From an uncultured Candidatus Saccharibacteria bacterium (GTDB taxonomy: Bacteria > Patescibacteriota > Saccharimonadia > CAILAD01 > JADZBC01), in the NCBI GenBank assembly GCA_964600985.1, contig CAZRJR010000001.1, positions 147,270 through 211,269 of the forward strand: DNA of 64,000 nucleotides, read 5' to 3'. Under the pieces are notes generated by a model. The model searched no databases. It was not told the origin of the DNA and saw nothing but the letters and a program-made list of their open reading frames with translations. Shown piece after piece: positions 50,135 to 61,757 of this stretch. Every line of letters starts with the position of its first letter. The first letter of the stretch is position 1. Position numbers and translations under genes: made by a program.

Positions 50135-53100
50135 ATGGAAACTGCTCACGAACAACAGGTGATAGACTTTGAGGCAATTAAGCTCTCACTGGCTTCACCA
50201 GATCAAATTCTACAGTGGTCTCATGGTGAGATTACTAAGCCAGAAACCATTAACTACCGTACTCAAAAGCCAGAAAAAGACGGTCTCTTCTGTGAAAAAA
50301 TCTTTGGGCCCACCAAAGACTGGCAGTGTTACTGTGGCAAATACAAGGGTATTCGCTACAAAGGGATAACTTGTGATAAGTGTGGTGTATTGGTTACTCG
50401 CAGTATTGTACGCCGCGAACGCCTTGGCCACATTAACCTTGCTGTGCCCGTAGCGCACATTTGGTTCTTGCGTGGTACGCCATCGACCATTAGCTTAGTG
50501 CTCAATATGGGCGTGCGCGATCTAGAGCGCGTAGTGTACTTTGCTAACTTTATTGTTAAAAGCGTAGACGAAGGTGCTCGCAAGCAAGCATTGACTGATC
50601 TCGAAGCTGACTTTAAGTCGCGTCGTGCAGACATCATTAAGAAGCACCAGGCCGAAGACGCTAAAGAAGGCGCAGAAATGAGCCCAGAGGCCTTGCGTGA
50701 GCTCGAAGAGCTTGATGTAAACTACGCTAATGCTAAGGCTGAGTTGACTGCTTTCGCTAAGTACCAACTATTACCTGAAAGCCGCTACCGCGACCTAAAC
50801 CTCAAGTACGGCAACGTCTTTAGCGCTGGCATTGGTGCCGAAGCAATCCGCGATTTACTTGTAGAAATTGACCTGGGTGAGTTGGCGGATCGCTTACGCG
50901 AAGAGTCTGAAAGCTCGGTTGGCCAGAAGAAAAAGAAGGCCCTTAAGCGTCTTAAGGCTATCGAGGGTATGATTCAGGCCGAGATTCGCCCAGAATGGAT
51001 GATTACCACGGCACTTCCAGTAATTCCACCCGACCTGCGCCCCATGGTCCAGCTCGACGGTGGTCGGTTTGCCGCCTCGGACCTTAACGATCTGTATCGT
51101 CGGGTCATTAACCGCAATAACCGACTCAAAAAACTCTTTGCCCTCGAAGCGCCAGAGGTGATTTGCCGTAACGAAAAGCGCATGCTGCAAGAAGCGGTCG
51201 ATGCGTTAATCGACAACAATGCTCGCCGTGAACGTGCCGTTAGCGCCACTGGTAACCGCAAGAAGCTTAAGAGTCTCACCGACTTACTCAAGGGTAAGCA
51301 AGGTCGCTTCCGACAGAACTTACTCGGTAAGCGTGTTGACTACTCAGGTCGCTCGGTAATTGTAATTGGTCCACACCTAAAGATCGACCAATGTGGTATT
51401 CCTAAGAAAATGGCACTCGAGCTCTTTAAGCCATTTGTGATCGGCAAGCTTATTTCACAAGGCTATGCACATAATGTGAAATCAGCTGCCCGTATGGTAG
51501 AACGTGCCCGCGACGAAGTATGGGACACGCTCGATGAAGTGATTGCCGACAAGTATGTGTTGCTCAACCGCGCACCTACCCTGCACCGTCTCGGTATCCA
51601 GGCGTTTAAGCCGGTACTGATCGAAGGTAAAGCTATTCAACTGCACCCCATGGTATGTACGGCATTTAACGCTGACTTCGATGGTGACCAGATGGCAGTA
51701 CATGTTCCGTTGAGTGAAGCGGCCCAGCGTGAAGCACGCGACATCATGCTTTCTCGCCACAACTTGCTCCGTCCATCCAGCGGTGAGCCAATTGTAAGCG
51801 CCTCCCAAGATCTTGTGCTCGGTTGTTACTTCCTAACCCTCGACAAGCCAGGTGCTAAGGGCGAAGGCAAGGTATTCGCAGATGCTAAGGAGGCAATCTA
51901 CGCCTACCAGGATCGTCACATAGACTTGCAAGCCGTAGTAAAAGTACGCATTGACGGTAAAATCATCGACACGACTGCTGGACGATTGTTCTTTAATGAA
52001 GTGTTGCCAGAAGGTATCGAGTACAAGAACCAGACGCAAGACAAGGCTTCGCTTAAGGCAGTTATGGCAGAGGTGTTTGCCAGGTATGGCAACGATGCTA
52101 CAGCCGACTTGGCCGACTCCATGAAGCAACTTGGCTTCAGATACGCTACACTATCTGGTTTCTCGATCGGTATGGACGACCTAATTACACCAAAGAACAA
52201 GCCGCAGTTGATCGAAGAAGGTGATAGTAAGACCGCTGATCTGCTTGCGCAATACAACCAAGGTTTGATTACCGAGGAAGAACGTCGCGAAAAGGTTGTC
52301 GAAAACTGGAAGAGTATAGCAGCCCGAGTAGAGGCCGAGATCGAGAGCGAGCTTACCCCCGAGAACTCAACCTTTGCTATGGATATAGCATCGGGTGCCA
52401 AGTCGGGACTCAAGCAGGTAAATCAAATGGCTGGTATGCGTGGCTTGATGCTCTCGCCAGCTGGTCGGATTATTGAACTACCAGTGAAGTCAAACTATAA
52501 AGAAGGTCTTTCGGTGCTTGAGTACTTTATATCTACCCACGGTGCCCGTAAGGGTCTTACCGACACGGCGCTTCGTACAGCTGAATCTGGTTACCTAACC
52601 CGGCGCTTGGTCGATGTGTCGCAGGACATCCTAATTACCGAGCACGACTGTGGTGATAAGGATGGCTATTTGGTTACTCAGAACGAGGCGGTTGCTGCGG
52701 GCGAAGCTTCGATTGCTCCATGGATTATCGGTCGCACCGCGCTTACTAAGGTTGTACACCCCAAGACCGGTGACACAATCGTGAAGAAGCATGAGCTCAT
52801 AACTGAAGCTATTGCAGCACAAACTGTTGAAGCTGGCGTAGAGGAAGTTAAGATCCGCTCGATTCTAACCTGTAAATCACTCTGGGGTATCTGTCAGAAG
52901 TGTTATGGTGTGGACCTTGCTAAAGGCTCCCCTGTGGAGCTCGGTGAAGCAGTCGGTATTATGGCGGCGCAAAGTATTGGCGAACCAGGTACGCAGCTCA
53001 CCATGAACACCAAGCACCTTGCTGGCGTCGGAACCGACATTACCCAGGGTCTACCACGAGTAGAAGAGATCTTTGAAGCACGTAACCCTAAAGGTCAAGC

Positions 53101-53917
53101 GATTCTAGCCGATGTAGCCGGAGTAGTGAAGATCAAGAGTGATGACAACAAGCACACCATTACTATCTCGCAGCCTGATACCAAGGTTACCGAGTACGAA
53201 TTGGGAGACATGAAGCCACTCGTTAAATCTGGCCAAGTAGTTGGTCATGGTGACATCATGGCGCAGAGCAAAGATGGTAGCCGTACGATTAAGTCTAAGG
53301 CTGCCGGTACGGTTCGCCTAAGTAAGGCAGCCATCGAACTTACTCATGACGGTGGTAATACCCGCGAGTACGTAGTTCCTGTAAGTACCGGATTGAACGT
53401 AAAACATGGCCAGCTTGTGTCGGTGGGTGATCGCTTAAGCGAGGGATCCGTAAACCTTCAAGACATGCTCAAGCTCTTGGGCGAGGAAGCTGTGCAGCGC
53501 TACGTAGTAGATGAAGTGCAAGCGATTTACTCCTCGCAAGGACAGTCAATTGCCTCTAAGCACATCGAGGTGATTATTCGCCAGATGTTCTCACGAGTAC
53601 GCATTGAAGAGCCAAATGACACCGACTTCATAGCAGGGGACACTGTGTCCAAGGCGATGCTCGACGAACAGAACCGTAACGCTGTGGCCGAAGGCAAAAA
53701 GCCTGCCAGCTACGAGCAGCTGCTTATGCCAATGACCAAGGTTTCGACCTCGTCGGACAGCTGGCTGTCTGCGGCAAGCTTCCAAGAAACCACCAAGGTG
53801 CTGATTGGTGCCGCCACTCGTGGTAAGACCGACAAGCTTCGTGGGCTTAAAGAGAATGTGATTATCGGTCGGTTAATTCCGGTTGGTACAGGGTTCCGTG
53901 ATGAGGAGGACGTATAG
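50135..53917 (+). CDS. rpoC: DNA-directed RNA polymerase beta' subunit.
   Basis: Zn-binding [13 protein letters not shown] and NADFDGD catalytic motif. 1260 aa. Starts 1 nt after the rpoB stop. Confidence 0.95.
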   Translation: METAHEQQVIDFEAIKLSLASPDQILQWSHGEITKPETINYRTQKPEKDGLFCEKIFGPTKDWQCYCGKYKGIRYKGITCDKCGVLVTRSIVRRERLGHINLAVPVAHIWFLRGTPSTISLVLNMGVRDLERVVYFANFIVKSVDEGARKQALTDLEADFKSRRADIIKKHQAEDAKEGAEMSPEALRELEELDVNYANAKAELTAFAKYQLLPESRYRDLNLKYGNVFSAGIGAEAIRDLLVEIDLGELADRLREESESSVGQKKKKALKRLKAIEGMIQAEIRPEWMITTALPVIPPDLRPMVQLDGGRFAASDLNDLYRRVINRNNRLKKLFALEAPEVICRNEKRMLQEAVDALIDNNARRERAVSATGNRKKLKSLTDLLKGKQGRFRQNLLGKRVDYSGRSVIVIGPHLKIDQCGIPKKMALELFKPFVIGKLISQGYAHNVKSAARMVERARDEVWDTLDEVIADKYVLLNRAPTLHRLGIQAFKPVLIEGKAIQLHPMVCTAFNADFDGDQMAVHVPLSEAAQREARDIMLSRHNLLRPSSGEPIVSASQDLVLGCYFLTLDKPGAKGEGKVFADAKEAIYAYQDRHIDLQAVVKVRIDGKIIDTTAGRLFFNEVLPEGIEYKNQTQDKASLKAVMAEVFARYGNDATADLADSMKQLGFRYATLSGFSIGMDDLITPKNKPQLIEEGDSKTADLLAQYNQGLITEEERREKVVENWKSIAARVEAEIESELTPENSTFAMDIASGAKSGLKQVNQMAGMRGLMLSPAGRIIELPVKSNYKEGLSVLEYFISTHGARKGLTDTALRTAESGYLTRRLVDVSQDILITEHDCGDKDGYLVTQNEAVAAGEASIAPWIIGRTALTKVVHPKTGDTIVKKHELITEAIAAQTVEAGVEEVKIRSILTCKSLWGICQKCYGVDLAKGSPVELGEAVGIMAAQSIGEPGTQLTMNTKHLAGVGTDITQGLPRVEEIFEARNPKGQAILADVAGVVKIKSDDNKHTITISQPDTKVTEYELGDMKPLVKSGQVVGHGDIMAQSKDGSRTIKSKAAGTVRLSKAAIELTHDGGNTREYVVPVSTGLNVKHGQLVSVGDRLSEGSVNLQDMLKLLGEEAVQRYVVDEVQAIYSSQGQSIASKHIEVIIRQMFSRVRIEEPNDTDFIAGDTVSKAMLDEQNRNAVAEGKKPASYEQLLMPMTKVSTSSDSWLSAASFQETTKVLIGAATRGKTDKLRGLKENVIIGRLIPVGTGFRDEEDV

Positions 53918-53968
53918 GTTGCTTGACCAGATGATTCTAATCTGATAAAGTAACAAAGTTGTAACACT

Positions 53969-54388
53969 ATGCCGACAATCAATCAACTCATCCGAAACCC
54001 ACGTTCTAAGGCTCGCAAAAAGAGTAAATCGCCTGCAATGGCGCGCAGCTTAAACACGCTCAAAAATAAGACGACCCAGAATCAATCGCCGTTTAAGCGT
54101 GGTGTGTGTGTAAAGGTGTTTACTGCTACCCCACGTAAGCCTAACTCCGCCCTTCGTAAGGTTGCTCGTGTGCGCCTTACCAATGGTATGGAGGTCACGG
54201 CCTACATTGGTGGAGTTGGCCATAACCTACAGGAACACTCGGTTGTGTTGGTACGTGGCGGACGCGTTAAGGACCTTGGTGGTGTGCGCTACCACATTGT
54301 GCGTGGCGCACTCGACACCGCCGGTGTGGCCGGTCGCAAGCAGGGTCGCAGTAAGTACGGTGCTAAATTAGAGAAAGCAAAGGCCTAG
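53969..54388 (+). CDS. rpsL: 30S ribosomal protein S12.
   Basis: MPTINQLIR..., [19 protein letters not shown]. 139 aa with a short internal insertion. Confidence 0.93.
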   Translation: MPTINQLIRNPRSKARKKSKSPAMARSLNTLKNKTTQNQSPFKRGVCVKVFTATPRKPNSALRKVARVRLTNGMEVTAYIGGVGHNLQEHSVVLVRGGRVKDLGGVRYHIVRGALDTAGVAGRKQGRSKYGAKLEKAKA

Positions 54389-54391
54389 AAA

Positions 54392-54868
54392 ATGCCAAGA
54401 AAAAAGACAAAATCGTTAAAGCGCGAATTGCCAGCCGACATTGTGTATAACAATGTTATGGTTACCCGTATGATTAACAAGGTAATGCGCAGCGGCAAGA
54501 AGCGCTTGGCTGAGCAGTTGGTGTACGACGCACTCAAAGAAGCTAGCGAGAAGACTCAGAAGGATGCTCTCGAGGTATTCGAAGGTGCGATCAAGAATGT
54601 GTCACCTCAAGTACAGGTTAAAAGTAAACGTATTGGCGGTACCAACTACCAGGTACCAATGGAAGTTAAGGGAGATCGCAAAATCCATCTCGCCATGAGC
54701 TGGATCCTTACAGCTGCTCGTAACCGCAAAGGCAAGTCGTTTGATCGCTTGCTAGCAGTAGAGCTGGTGGATGCCTATAACAACACCGGTGAAGCCGTGA
54801 AGAAGAAGCAAGATACCCACCAGATGGCCGAAGCCAACAAGGCTTTTGCTCACTTCGCTCGATACTAA
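54392..54868 (+). CDS. rpsG: 30S ribosomal protein S7.
   Basis: Typical S7 sequence. 158 aa. Confidence 0.93.
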   Translation: MPRKKTKSLKRELPADIVYNNVMVTRMINKVMRSGKKRLAEQLVYDALKEASEKTQKDALEVFEGAIKNVSPQVQVKSKRIGGTNYQVPMEVKGDRKIHLAMSWILTAARNRKGKSFDRLLAVELVDAYNNTGEAVKKKQDTHQMAEANKAFAHFARY

Positions 54869-54881
54869 AGCTAGTCAGCAT

Positions 54882-54918
54882 AAACTAAAAACACCTCTCA
54901 TTTGGAGGTGTTTTTAGT
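54882..54918 (+). terminator. Rho-independent terminator after rpsG, separating it from fusA.
   Basis: aaaaacacctc tcattt ggaggtgttttt agtttt. Confidence 0.75.
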
Positions 54919-55053
54919 TTTGGTGTCACACCTGGCACTTGCGTAAGTGCCTGCTTTTCTCTATAATTACCAAGGAATAAAGCACGGAGCATTCTTCTGG
55001 TATCCTGGCTTTTTTGTTTACGTTAGACTAACTACAAGGAATTTATAACTCAC

Positions 55054-57162
55054 ATGGCTCGCGAATACTCACTCGAAAATACTCGTAACATTGGTACCAT
55101 TGCTCATATTGATGCTGGTAAAACTACCGTAACTGAAGCAATTTTGTACCGCACCGGACGCGTACACAAGATCGGTGAAGTTCACGAGGGTGCTGCAACC
55201 ATGGACTGGATGGAGCAAGAGCAAGAGCGCGGTATAACCATTACTTCCGCCGCTACTACGTGCTTCTGGAATGGGAACCGAATTAACATCATTGATACCC
55301 CAGGCCATATCGACTTTACGGTAGAGGTAGAGCGTAGTTTGCGTGTACTCGATGGTGCGGTAGTGCTTTTTGACGGCAAGATGGGCGTAGAACCACAAAG
55401 TGAAACGGTATGGCGCCAGGCCGACAAGTACGGCGTGCCACGTATTTGCTTCATTAATAAGATCAACCAGACTGGGGGGGACTTTTATAAATCACTCGAG
55501 TCGATTCACGCGCGATTAACGAAGCGGGCGTATGCTATCCACCTGCCAATCGGTTTCGAACAGAGCATTAATGGCTTGGTTGATTTAGTCGAAATGAAGG
55601 CGTACGAGTACAAGAACTACGCCGACAAAGAACTTAAAGAAATCCCAATCCCTGATGATATGACCGAGAAGGTCGCACACTACCGCCAGCACCTTATCGA
55701 GGCTGCCGTAGAGTCCGACGACGCAATTATGGAGAAGTACCTAGAAGGTAACGAGCTTACGGTAGAAGAGGTCAAGACAGTTGTTCGTAAATCAGTTCTA
55801 ACTGGCCAGTTTGTAGTTGTATCTGGTGGTGACGGCCGTGGTGTAATTGTAGAAAAGCTGCTTGATGCCATGATTGACTACCTGCCAAATCCACTAGACA
55901 TTACCGCGCCAATTGCTAAGGATGTGAAGACCGGCGAAGACAAGGTGATTGAAGTCTCCGACGACGCACCATTTGCTGGGCTAGCGTTCAAGATCGCCAC
56001 CGATCCATTTGTAGGTAAGCTGGCTTTCTTCCGGGTATACTCAGGTGTGCTTAAGAGCGGGAGCTATATTCTAAATGCTTCTACGGGGGAGAAAGAGCGG
56101 GTAGGTCGTATCGTGCGTATGCATGCTAACAACCGGGAAGAAGTTAGTGAGGTATACGCCGGCGATATTGCGGCCGCAGTCGGGCTCAAAAACACCATTA
56201 CCGGTAACACAATTTGTGATCCAGCTCACCCCGTTATGCTAGAGTCAATTACCTTTGCTGAGCCAGTTATCTCGATTGCAATCGAGCCTAAGACCAAGGC
56301 CGATCAAGAGAAGATGGGTATTGCCCTCTCGCGCTTAGCCGAAGAAGATCCAACCTTCCGTGTGCACACCGACGAAGACAGTGGCCAGACTATTATTGAT
56401 GGCATGGGTGAATTACACCTTGAAGTGTTGGTGGACCGTATGAAGCGGGAATTTAAGGTAGAGGCAAATGTTGGTCGCCCTCAGGTAGCATACCGTGAAA
56501 CCATTCGCAAGAGTACCCAGGTAGAAGGTAAGTTTGTACGTCAATCTGGTGGGCGTGGTCAGTATGGTCATGTATGGATCGAGTTGAGTCCGCTGGTGCA
56601 CGAGGAAGGCGCCGAAGAGCGCAAAACCTTTGAGTTCGAGAACGCGATTGTGGGCGGTGCAGTGCCTCGTGAGTACATTAAACCAGTCGAAGAAGGAATA
56701 CGTGAAGCTCTCGCTAACGGTGTAGTGGCGGGCTATCCGGTAGTAGATGTACACGCCAAGCTCTACGACGGCTCATACCACGACGTAGACTCCTCAGAAA
56801 TGGCCTTTAAAATCGCCGGATCTATGGCGCTCCAGGCGGGTGTACGTCAGGCCGATCCAGTTATTCTGGAGCCTATGATGAAGGTTGAGATTACTACCCC
56901 AGAGGAGTTTATGGGTGATGTGATCGGCGACGTTAATGCTAAACGTGGTCGGGTGGAGAAAATGGAAGACCGCATGGGGGCCAAGGTGATCAATGCTTAT
57001 ATACCGCTCTCGGGCATGTTTGGTTACGCTACAACTCTGCGCTCTATGACTCAGGGCCGCGCCAGCTCGGCGATGGAATTTGACCACTACGCTGAAGTAC
57101 CGCGCAATGTGGCCGAAGAGCTCATTGGCAAGCGCCAAGCGGCAGTCGAAGAGGGTCGTTAG
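55054..57162 (+). CDS. fusA: Elongation factor G.
   Basis: GTP-binding [21 protein letters not shown]. 702 aa. Confidence 0.95.
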   Translation: MAREYSLENTRNIGTIAHIDAGKTTVTEAILYRTGRVHKIGEVHEGAATMDWMEQEQERGITITSAATTCFWNGNRINIIDTPGHIDFTVEVERSLRVLDGAVVLFDGKMGVEPQSETVWRQADKYGVPRICFINKINQTGGDFYKSLESIHARLTKRAYAIHLPIGFEQSINGLVDLVEMKAYEYKNYADKELKEIPIPDDMTEKVAHYRQHLIEAAVESDDAIMEKYLEGNELTVEEVKTVVRKSVLTGQFVVVSGGDGRGVIVEKLLDAMIDYLPNPLDITAPIAKDVKTGEDKVIEVSDDAPFAGLAFKIATDPFVGKLAFFRVYSGVLKSGSYILNASTGEKERVGRIVRMHANNREEVSEVYAGDIAAAVGLKNTITGNTICDPAHPVMLESITFAEPVISIAIEPKTKADQEKMGIALSRLAEEDPTFRVHTDEDSGQTIIDGMGELHLEVLVDRMKREFKVEANVGRPQVAYRETIRKSTQVEGKFVRQSGGRGQYGHVWIELSPLVHEEGAEERKTFEFENAIVGGAVPREYIKPVEEGIREALANGVVAGYPVVDVHAKLYDGSYHDVDSSEMAFKIAGSMALQAGVRQADPVILEPMMKVEITTPEEFMGDVIGDVNAKRGRVEKMEDRMGAKVINAYIPLSGMFGYATTLRSMTQGRASSAMEFDHYAEVPRNVAEELIGKRQAAVEEGR

Positions 57163-57237
57163 TTTTCTATTTCTCAAGCCACATAGTTAATTAAAGCCCT
57201 GGCCTCGGAGCCTTTAATATTGACAGGTGGTCTTGTC

Positions 57238-57266
57238 AAAGGTATTATATACTTGATCGGTAACGG
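57238..57266 (+). promoter_or_regulatory. Near-consensus sigma70 promoter (TTGACA-N17-TATTAT) downstream of fusA.
   Basis: ttgaca at 57238-57243, 17-nt spacer, tattat at 57261-57266. Confidence 0.6.
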
Positions 57267-57269
57267 TCG

Positions 57270-57792
57270 TACCAGCGCACTATAGTAGGTCGAGGCGTCT
57301 AGGTGTCGGGTGAGGGCCCCGACACCATAGTACGAACTAGGTTAGAGACCTGGTCCTCTTCCGAAACCTCCTATTGCTCCTTGCTCCGGCTAGGGTGGCT
57401 TGATCTGCACCAGGTTGAGACAAGTAAGAGGGGAGAGTAGTGCGTGCGGTACAGCTACAAGCTCTGGAGTTGGGGCGAAAAGTTTCGTGCACAAACTTCG
57501 GAGACTCGACGGTACCGTCGAGAGTTCGAATTGCGGCCGAGAATTACTTAGGCCGGGGAAGAACTTTGTAGTGTAGGTAGCGTTCTCATGCCTACGCACC
57601 TCCGCCACTCCTCCTACGCCTCCGGGAGGACTACAAGGGTAGTGGCGACAAGGTGGCGGCCAGGGCATAGGCCTTGCCCAAATGGCCACTCGGCGAAATT
57701 TTGATTGCTCCTGCCTGGAGGAGATCCCGCTCTCAAAACTCGCCAACACGGGCCCGACCTCCCAGAGGTCGGGCCCGTTCTGCCTCTTTATG
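57270..57792 (+). ncRNA. Candidate large structured ncRNA of about 520 nt, class unknown. It lies between fusA and tuf and is bounded by its own promoter and a terminal hairpin. The tuf promoter follows immediately.
   Basis: ORF-free on the + strand. The antisense 119-aa ORF is Pro/Ser-rich nonsense. Dense hairpins include gtgtcgggtgagggccccgacacc, ccgccact...agtggcg and ggccgag...ctcggcc (approx.). It ends with cgggcccgacctc ccag aggtcgggcccg followed by tctgcctcttt. Confidence 0.4.
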
Positions 57793-57802
57793 GTTAAAAC
57801 CC

Positions 57803-57831
57803 TTTACAATCACGGCTTTTTTACCTATAAT
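57803..57831 (+). promoter_or_regulatory. Promoter for tuf (TTTACA-N17-TATAAT).
   Basis: tttaca at 57803-57808, 17-nt spacer atcacggcttttttacc, tataat at 57826-57831. Confidence 0.6.
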
Positions 57832-57915
57832 CGAAAAGTCTAAGGCCTAGACATATTTTTATGTATCTAGGGCCGAAAGCTGAATAATTAATAAATCATC
57901 CAACAAGGAGACCAC

Positions 57916-59103
57916 ATGGCAGCAGAATCATTTGACCGTAGTAAACCGCACGTAAACGTCGGTACAATGGGGCATGTAGACCACGGTAAAACTACTCTTA
58001 CCGCCGCTATTACCCACGTATTGTCTAAGAAACTTCCGAGCGCAGTTAATAAGGCTATTAACTACGACGAAATCGACAAAGCTCCGGAAGAGCGCGAACG
58101 TGGTATCACCATCGCTACTTCTCACCAGGAATACGAGAGCGAAAAGCGACACTATGCGCACGTAGATATGCCCGGTCACGCTGACTATGTAAAGAACATG
58201 ATTACCGGTGCAGCTCAGATTGACGGTGCCGTACTCGTAGTATCGGCTGCTGATGGTCCTATGCCGCAGACTCGTGAGCACGTATTGCTTGCTCGTCAGG
58301 TAGGCGTGCCGTACATTCTTGTATATATGAACAAGATGGACATGGCCGATCCAGAGCTAGCCGAACTTGTAGAACTGGAAATCCGCGAGCTTCTTGCCAA
58401 GAATGGCTACGACGAAAACGCCCCAGTGGTTAAGGGTTCTGCCCTTAAGGCTCTCGAGGGTGACGCTGCTGCCGAAGACTCAATCATGGAGCTTGTAAAG
58501 GCCATGGACGAAAGCATACCAGAGCCAAAGCGCGAAATCGACAAGCCATTCCTGATGCCAGTCGAAGACGTATTCTCGATCAAGGGTCGTGGTACGGTTG
58601 CAACTGGTCGAATCGAGCAGGGTATCATCAAGGTTGGTGAAGAAATCGAGATCATCGGTTTGCACGATAGCAAAAAGACTACGGTAACTGGTGTAGAAAT
58701 GTTCAAGAAATTGCTCGACGAAGGTCGCGCAGGTGACAACGTAGGTGTATTGCTGCGTGGTGTGGAGCGAACCGACATTGAGCGTGGTCAAGTGCTTGCT
58801 AAGCCAGGTTCAATTACCCCACACACCGAGTTTGAATCTGAAGTGTACGTACTTAAGAAGGAAGAGGGCGGTCGACACACTCCATTCTTCAAGGGCTACA
58901 AGCCGCAGTTCTACATCCGTACTACCGATGTAACAGGTGAAGTTACGCTTCCAGACGGCGTAGAAATGGTTATGCCAGGCGATAACATCAAGATGAAGGT
59001 TAAGCTGATTGCTCCTATCGCCATGGAAGAAGGCCTTCGCTTCGCTATTCGCGAGGGTGGCCGCACTGTAGGTGCCGGTGTTGTAACGAAAATCAACAAG
59101 TAA
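57916..59103 (+). CDS. tuf: Elongation factor Tu.
   Basis: [22 protein letters not shown]. 395 aa. RBS aaggag. Confidence 0.96.
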   Translation: MAAESFDRSKPHVNVGTMGHVDHGKTTLTAAITHVLSKKLPSAVNKAINYDEIDKAPEERERGITIATSHQEYESEKRHYAHVDMPGHADYVKNMITGAAQIDGAVLVVSAADGPMPQTREHVLLARQVGVPYILVYMNKMDMADPELAELVELEIRELLAKNGYDENAPVVKGSALKALEGDAAAEDSIMELVKAMDESIPEPKREIDKPFLMPVEDVFSIKGRGTVATGRIEQGIIKVGEEIEIIGLHDSKKTTVTGVEMFKKLLDEGRAGDNVGVLLRGVERTDIERGQVLAKPGSITPHTEFESEVYVLKKEEGGRHTPFFKGYKPQFYIRTTDVTGEVTLPDGVEMVMPGDNIKMKVKLIAPIAMEEGLRFAIREGGRTVGAGVVTKINK

Positions 59104-59131
59104 CACGCGCTAAGAACGAACGGACCTTTAC

Positions 59132-59452
59132 ATGCCAGAACAAGCTACAAAACAACGCATCCGCATTCGCCTCAAGGCCTACGACAGCAAGATCATTGAT
59201 CAGTCAGCTAAGCAGATCCTGGACACCGCTATTCGAACTGGTGCCCAGGTAGCAGGGCCGGTGCCTTTGCCTACCGACAAAAACAAGCTTACGGTGCTCT
59301 CTAGTCCGCACGTGTTCAAGGACGCACGCGAGCAGTTTGAGATGCGTACGCACAAGCGACTAATCGACATTACCGAACCAACTCCTAAGACGATTGACTC
59401 GCTGATGAATCTCAACCTGCCAGCGGGTGTAGACATCGAAATCAAAATGTAG
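59132..59452 (+). CDS. rpsJ: 30S ribosomal protein S10.
   Basis: [11 protein letters not shown]...GPVPLPT...106 aa. Confidence 0.93.
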   Translation: MPEQATKQRIRIRLKAYDSKIIDQSAKQILDTAIRTGAQVAGPVPLPTDKNKLTVLSSPHVFKDAREQFEMRTHKRLIDITEPTPKTIDSLMNLNLPAGVDIEIKM

Positions 59453-59465
59453 CATTGCCAAGGCA

Positions 59466-59497
59466 TACTAAAAACCCCTCTAAGTGAGGGGTTTTTA
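59466..59497 (+). terminator. Rho-independent terminator directly after rpsJ, where rplC would normally follow.
   Basis: aaaaacccctc taagtg aggggttttt agtatt. Confidence 0.75.
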
Positions 59498-59588
59498 GTA
59501 TTGGAGGGATAGATAGTATATATTGAAAATAATCACGTAATATGATAAAGTAATAGTGTCATCCACGAAGACGATGGGAGCAAGCAGT

Positions 59589-59867
59589 ATGACTGTAGTA
59601 ACGGTTTACTCACCTCGTCTTAAGGACGATATTGAGCTCGTGCCGAGGTGTGTTCGAGATGTCCTCGGGCCAATGGGGTTAAAGGTAAATCGTGTCTTTG
59701 AGCGAATTGATTCCAATATCCCTCAGGGCAGTCATCGCATAGTCGTTGAGCTGTTGGCTGAAGTTGACTCGCGTGTTAGCCAAGACGCCATTGGGGAGGC
59801 GCTCAAGCGGCTGTTCAATCACGTGCCTCCACGCCGTGAGGTTACGGTTGAATTCAAAGCTGCGTAG
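59589..59867 (+). CDS. Hypothetical protein (island gene A).
   Basis: About 92 aa from ATG 59589, which has a ggag 9 nt upstream. GTG 59556 is an alternative start. No recognisable domain. Confidence 0.4.
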   Translation: MTVVTVYSPRLKDDIELVPRCVRDVLGPMGLKVNRVFERIDSNIPQGSHRIVVELLAEVDSRVSQDAIGEALKRLFNHVPPRREVTVEFKAA

Positions 59868-60024
59868 GTGAGCGACATACGACGACAAGACGTGGCAAGA
59901 GCCCGCCCGGGTTTAACCTGGGCGGGCATTATGCATTTGAATGAATGTATACGTAAAATAGTGTGGCAATACTCAGCTAATCCTGTTACTATAATGGTCC
60001 GTCAATCTTTCTAGAGGAGTGTTC

Positions 60025-60384
60025 ATGCGCGTAGAATTCAAGTGTTTTCGGCGTAATGCTGCTGCCTCTGCGGCTGTAATGCGGCTGAAGCAGTATGCCA
60101 ACACTGCGATCATCGAGGTCCTCGAACTGGATCCCAACGACCATCCGGTCAACAGCTTGCCCTGCTCGTTCCCACCCTCGAACGAGGCTGGCATCGAGCT
60201 CAACATCAGTGCGGAAGAGCATGACTACCCAGGCGACGGCAACCCTGCCGAGCAGATCTACGCCTGGGTCAAGCATCGTGGTGGCTTCGGGACCGCGGGG
60301 GCAACTGTTACCATCCGTTGTCGCAAAAACGGACAGGTGAAGAAGTTCACGGCTGGTTCGACTAGGGTCCTCCAGTCGGTCTGA
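60025..60384 (+). CDS. Hypothetical protein (island gene B), visibly G+C-richer than the surrounding DNA.
   Basis: RBS gaggag lies 6 nt upstream of ATG 60025. 119 aa with no recognisable domain. Followed by two stem-loops (cccgcctgagtcac ttcg gtgactcaggcggg, and aaagcaccac ttaaa ctggtgcttt). Confidence 0.45.
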   Translation: MRVEFKCFRRNAAASAAVMRLKQYANTAIIEVLELDPNDHPVNSLPCSFPPSNEAGIELNISAEEHDYPGDGNPAEQIYAWVKHRGGFGTAGATVTIRCRKNGQVKKFTAGSTRVLQSV

Positions 60385-60585
60385 TCGGTTGACGGCACCC
60401 GCCTGAGTCACTTCGGTGACTCAGGCGGGAATTCCGAATTTATACACTTTAACTAAGCTAAAAGCACCACTTAAACTGGTGCTTTTAGCTTAGACAGAAC
60501 AAAAGTATTAAGTAGTTAATAGCTTGGTTCCGCCCACCTGGCCCCGTTGAAGGGGCCAGGTGGTACGTTATTGACTCGTGACGAA

Positions 60586-60906
60586 TCAGGCAGAAAGGGC
60601 AGCAACGGCCGTGTGGCCGCTCGGAGGTTCCCAGGGAATCAGCGCAGGGTAGATCTCCAGAGCCGGGATGAGTAGGTAGCGCTCCACGGTATCAGCAATA
60701 ACTGCTGCCTCTGTAGGGCTGATTGCTGGGGTCCCTCGACGCGGCCTGATCCGGATGACCTTTCGGTCGGGGAAGCCGTGTGCTTCAACTTTGTAGCGAT
60801 CACCTAGTCTCCGGGAGAGATCTGCGATCGTGGCATCACACGGAGCCGTACCCCGCAGGAGGGCACGCTTCCCACTCCACACCAGTCGGATGGCGCTTGC
60901 TTGCAT
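60586..60906 (-). CDS. Hypothetical protein (island gene C), G+C-rich.
   Basis: 106 aa. A hairpin (cacctggcccc gttgaa ggggccaggtg) lies just downstream of its stop. No recognisable domain. Confidence 0.4.
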   Translation of the reverse strand: MQASAIRLVWSGKRALLRGTAPCDATIADLSRRLGDRYKVEAHGFPDRKVIRIRPRRGTPAISPTEAAVIADTVERYLLIPALEIYPALIPWEPPSGHTAVAALSA

Positions 60907-61757
60907 GGCTTTCTCCTTTCGGGGTTGCTTGGGCCAGGCACACTACTCACAGTAAGTGTGGGCAGCGTGCCGCGTCCAAGACAATCCAGTCTCTGCCTGA
61001 TTTGTAAAAGAAACTAGAGCATCATGCGTGCCCTAATGAGTACAGATAATACTCTAAATATGTGGATAAGTCAATCTAATTCCTTACTAAACTATAGACA
61101 AGTAGTATGTAGTATGATACTATAGGTGTCTAAGTTTGGCGTTCACGCCAAATTGCACCTTATACACCTCGGACTTCGGTCCGTAGAATCAGCTCTCGAC
61201 GCGACCAGTGATGTTGTCAAGGCTTGATTCTACGGACTGATCCACGAACCCGGTTAGGGTACGCGGTAAGTCCAGCTCCGGGTCGATAGGAGGTGTAGTG
61301 GTGGGCCACTGAATGCCAGTGTAGCTTTCTCGCTCAGGCGACGATTGCTCCTCGCATGTCTAAAGCCATACCGCTCTACTTCCAAAAGATCCGGGCAAAT
61401 TCTCCCGCCATGCCACAAGCATGGTGGGCCTGGAGGGGTGGATTCCGCCCCCCTCCAAGGCTTGGCGCACTAAACTCGCGCGATTTAGGTCGCTGCAGTT
61501 GGTGTGTCGCCCGAGATGGCCATCCCGCCGGCCATCTCGTGGTTCGCGTCGTGCATTATATATTCACGGCCACAGTCGGAGACACGCCCGCGTCTCCGCC
61601 CCCGCAGCACGCGATCATCGCCCGCTTGCTGCCTCCGAGGGTGGGGCCGACCTTCACGGTTGGCCCCACCCTCCGCCCCTCTATATGAGGGGCTTTTGAT
61701 TTTGGTATTATTCCGACAGCTTAGACAGTCCAAAGCTTTTGTGCTTAAATAGAAGCT

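Noticed and set aside
57390-57749. A 119-aa minus-strand ORF inside the fusA-tuf block.
   Set aside because: It is antisense to the promoter-terminator unit and has a low-complexity Pro/Ser-rich translation. It has no RBS and no promoter pointing its way.
61356-61752. Four mutually overlapping 82-110 aa ORFs on both strands in the GC-rich island segment.
   Set aside because: Overlapping Arg/Pro-rich ORFs in every frame are the signature of non-coding high-GC DNA. The region is reported as a hairpin cluster instead.
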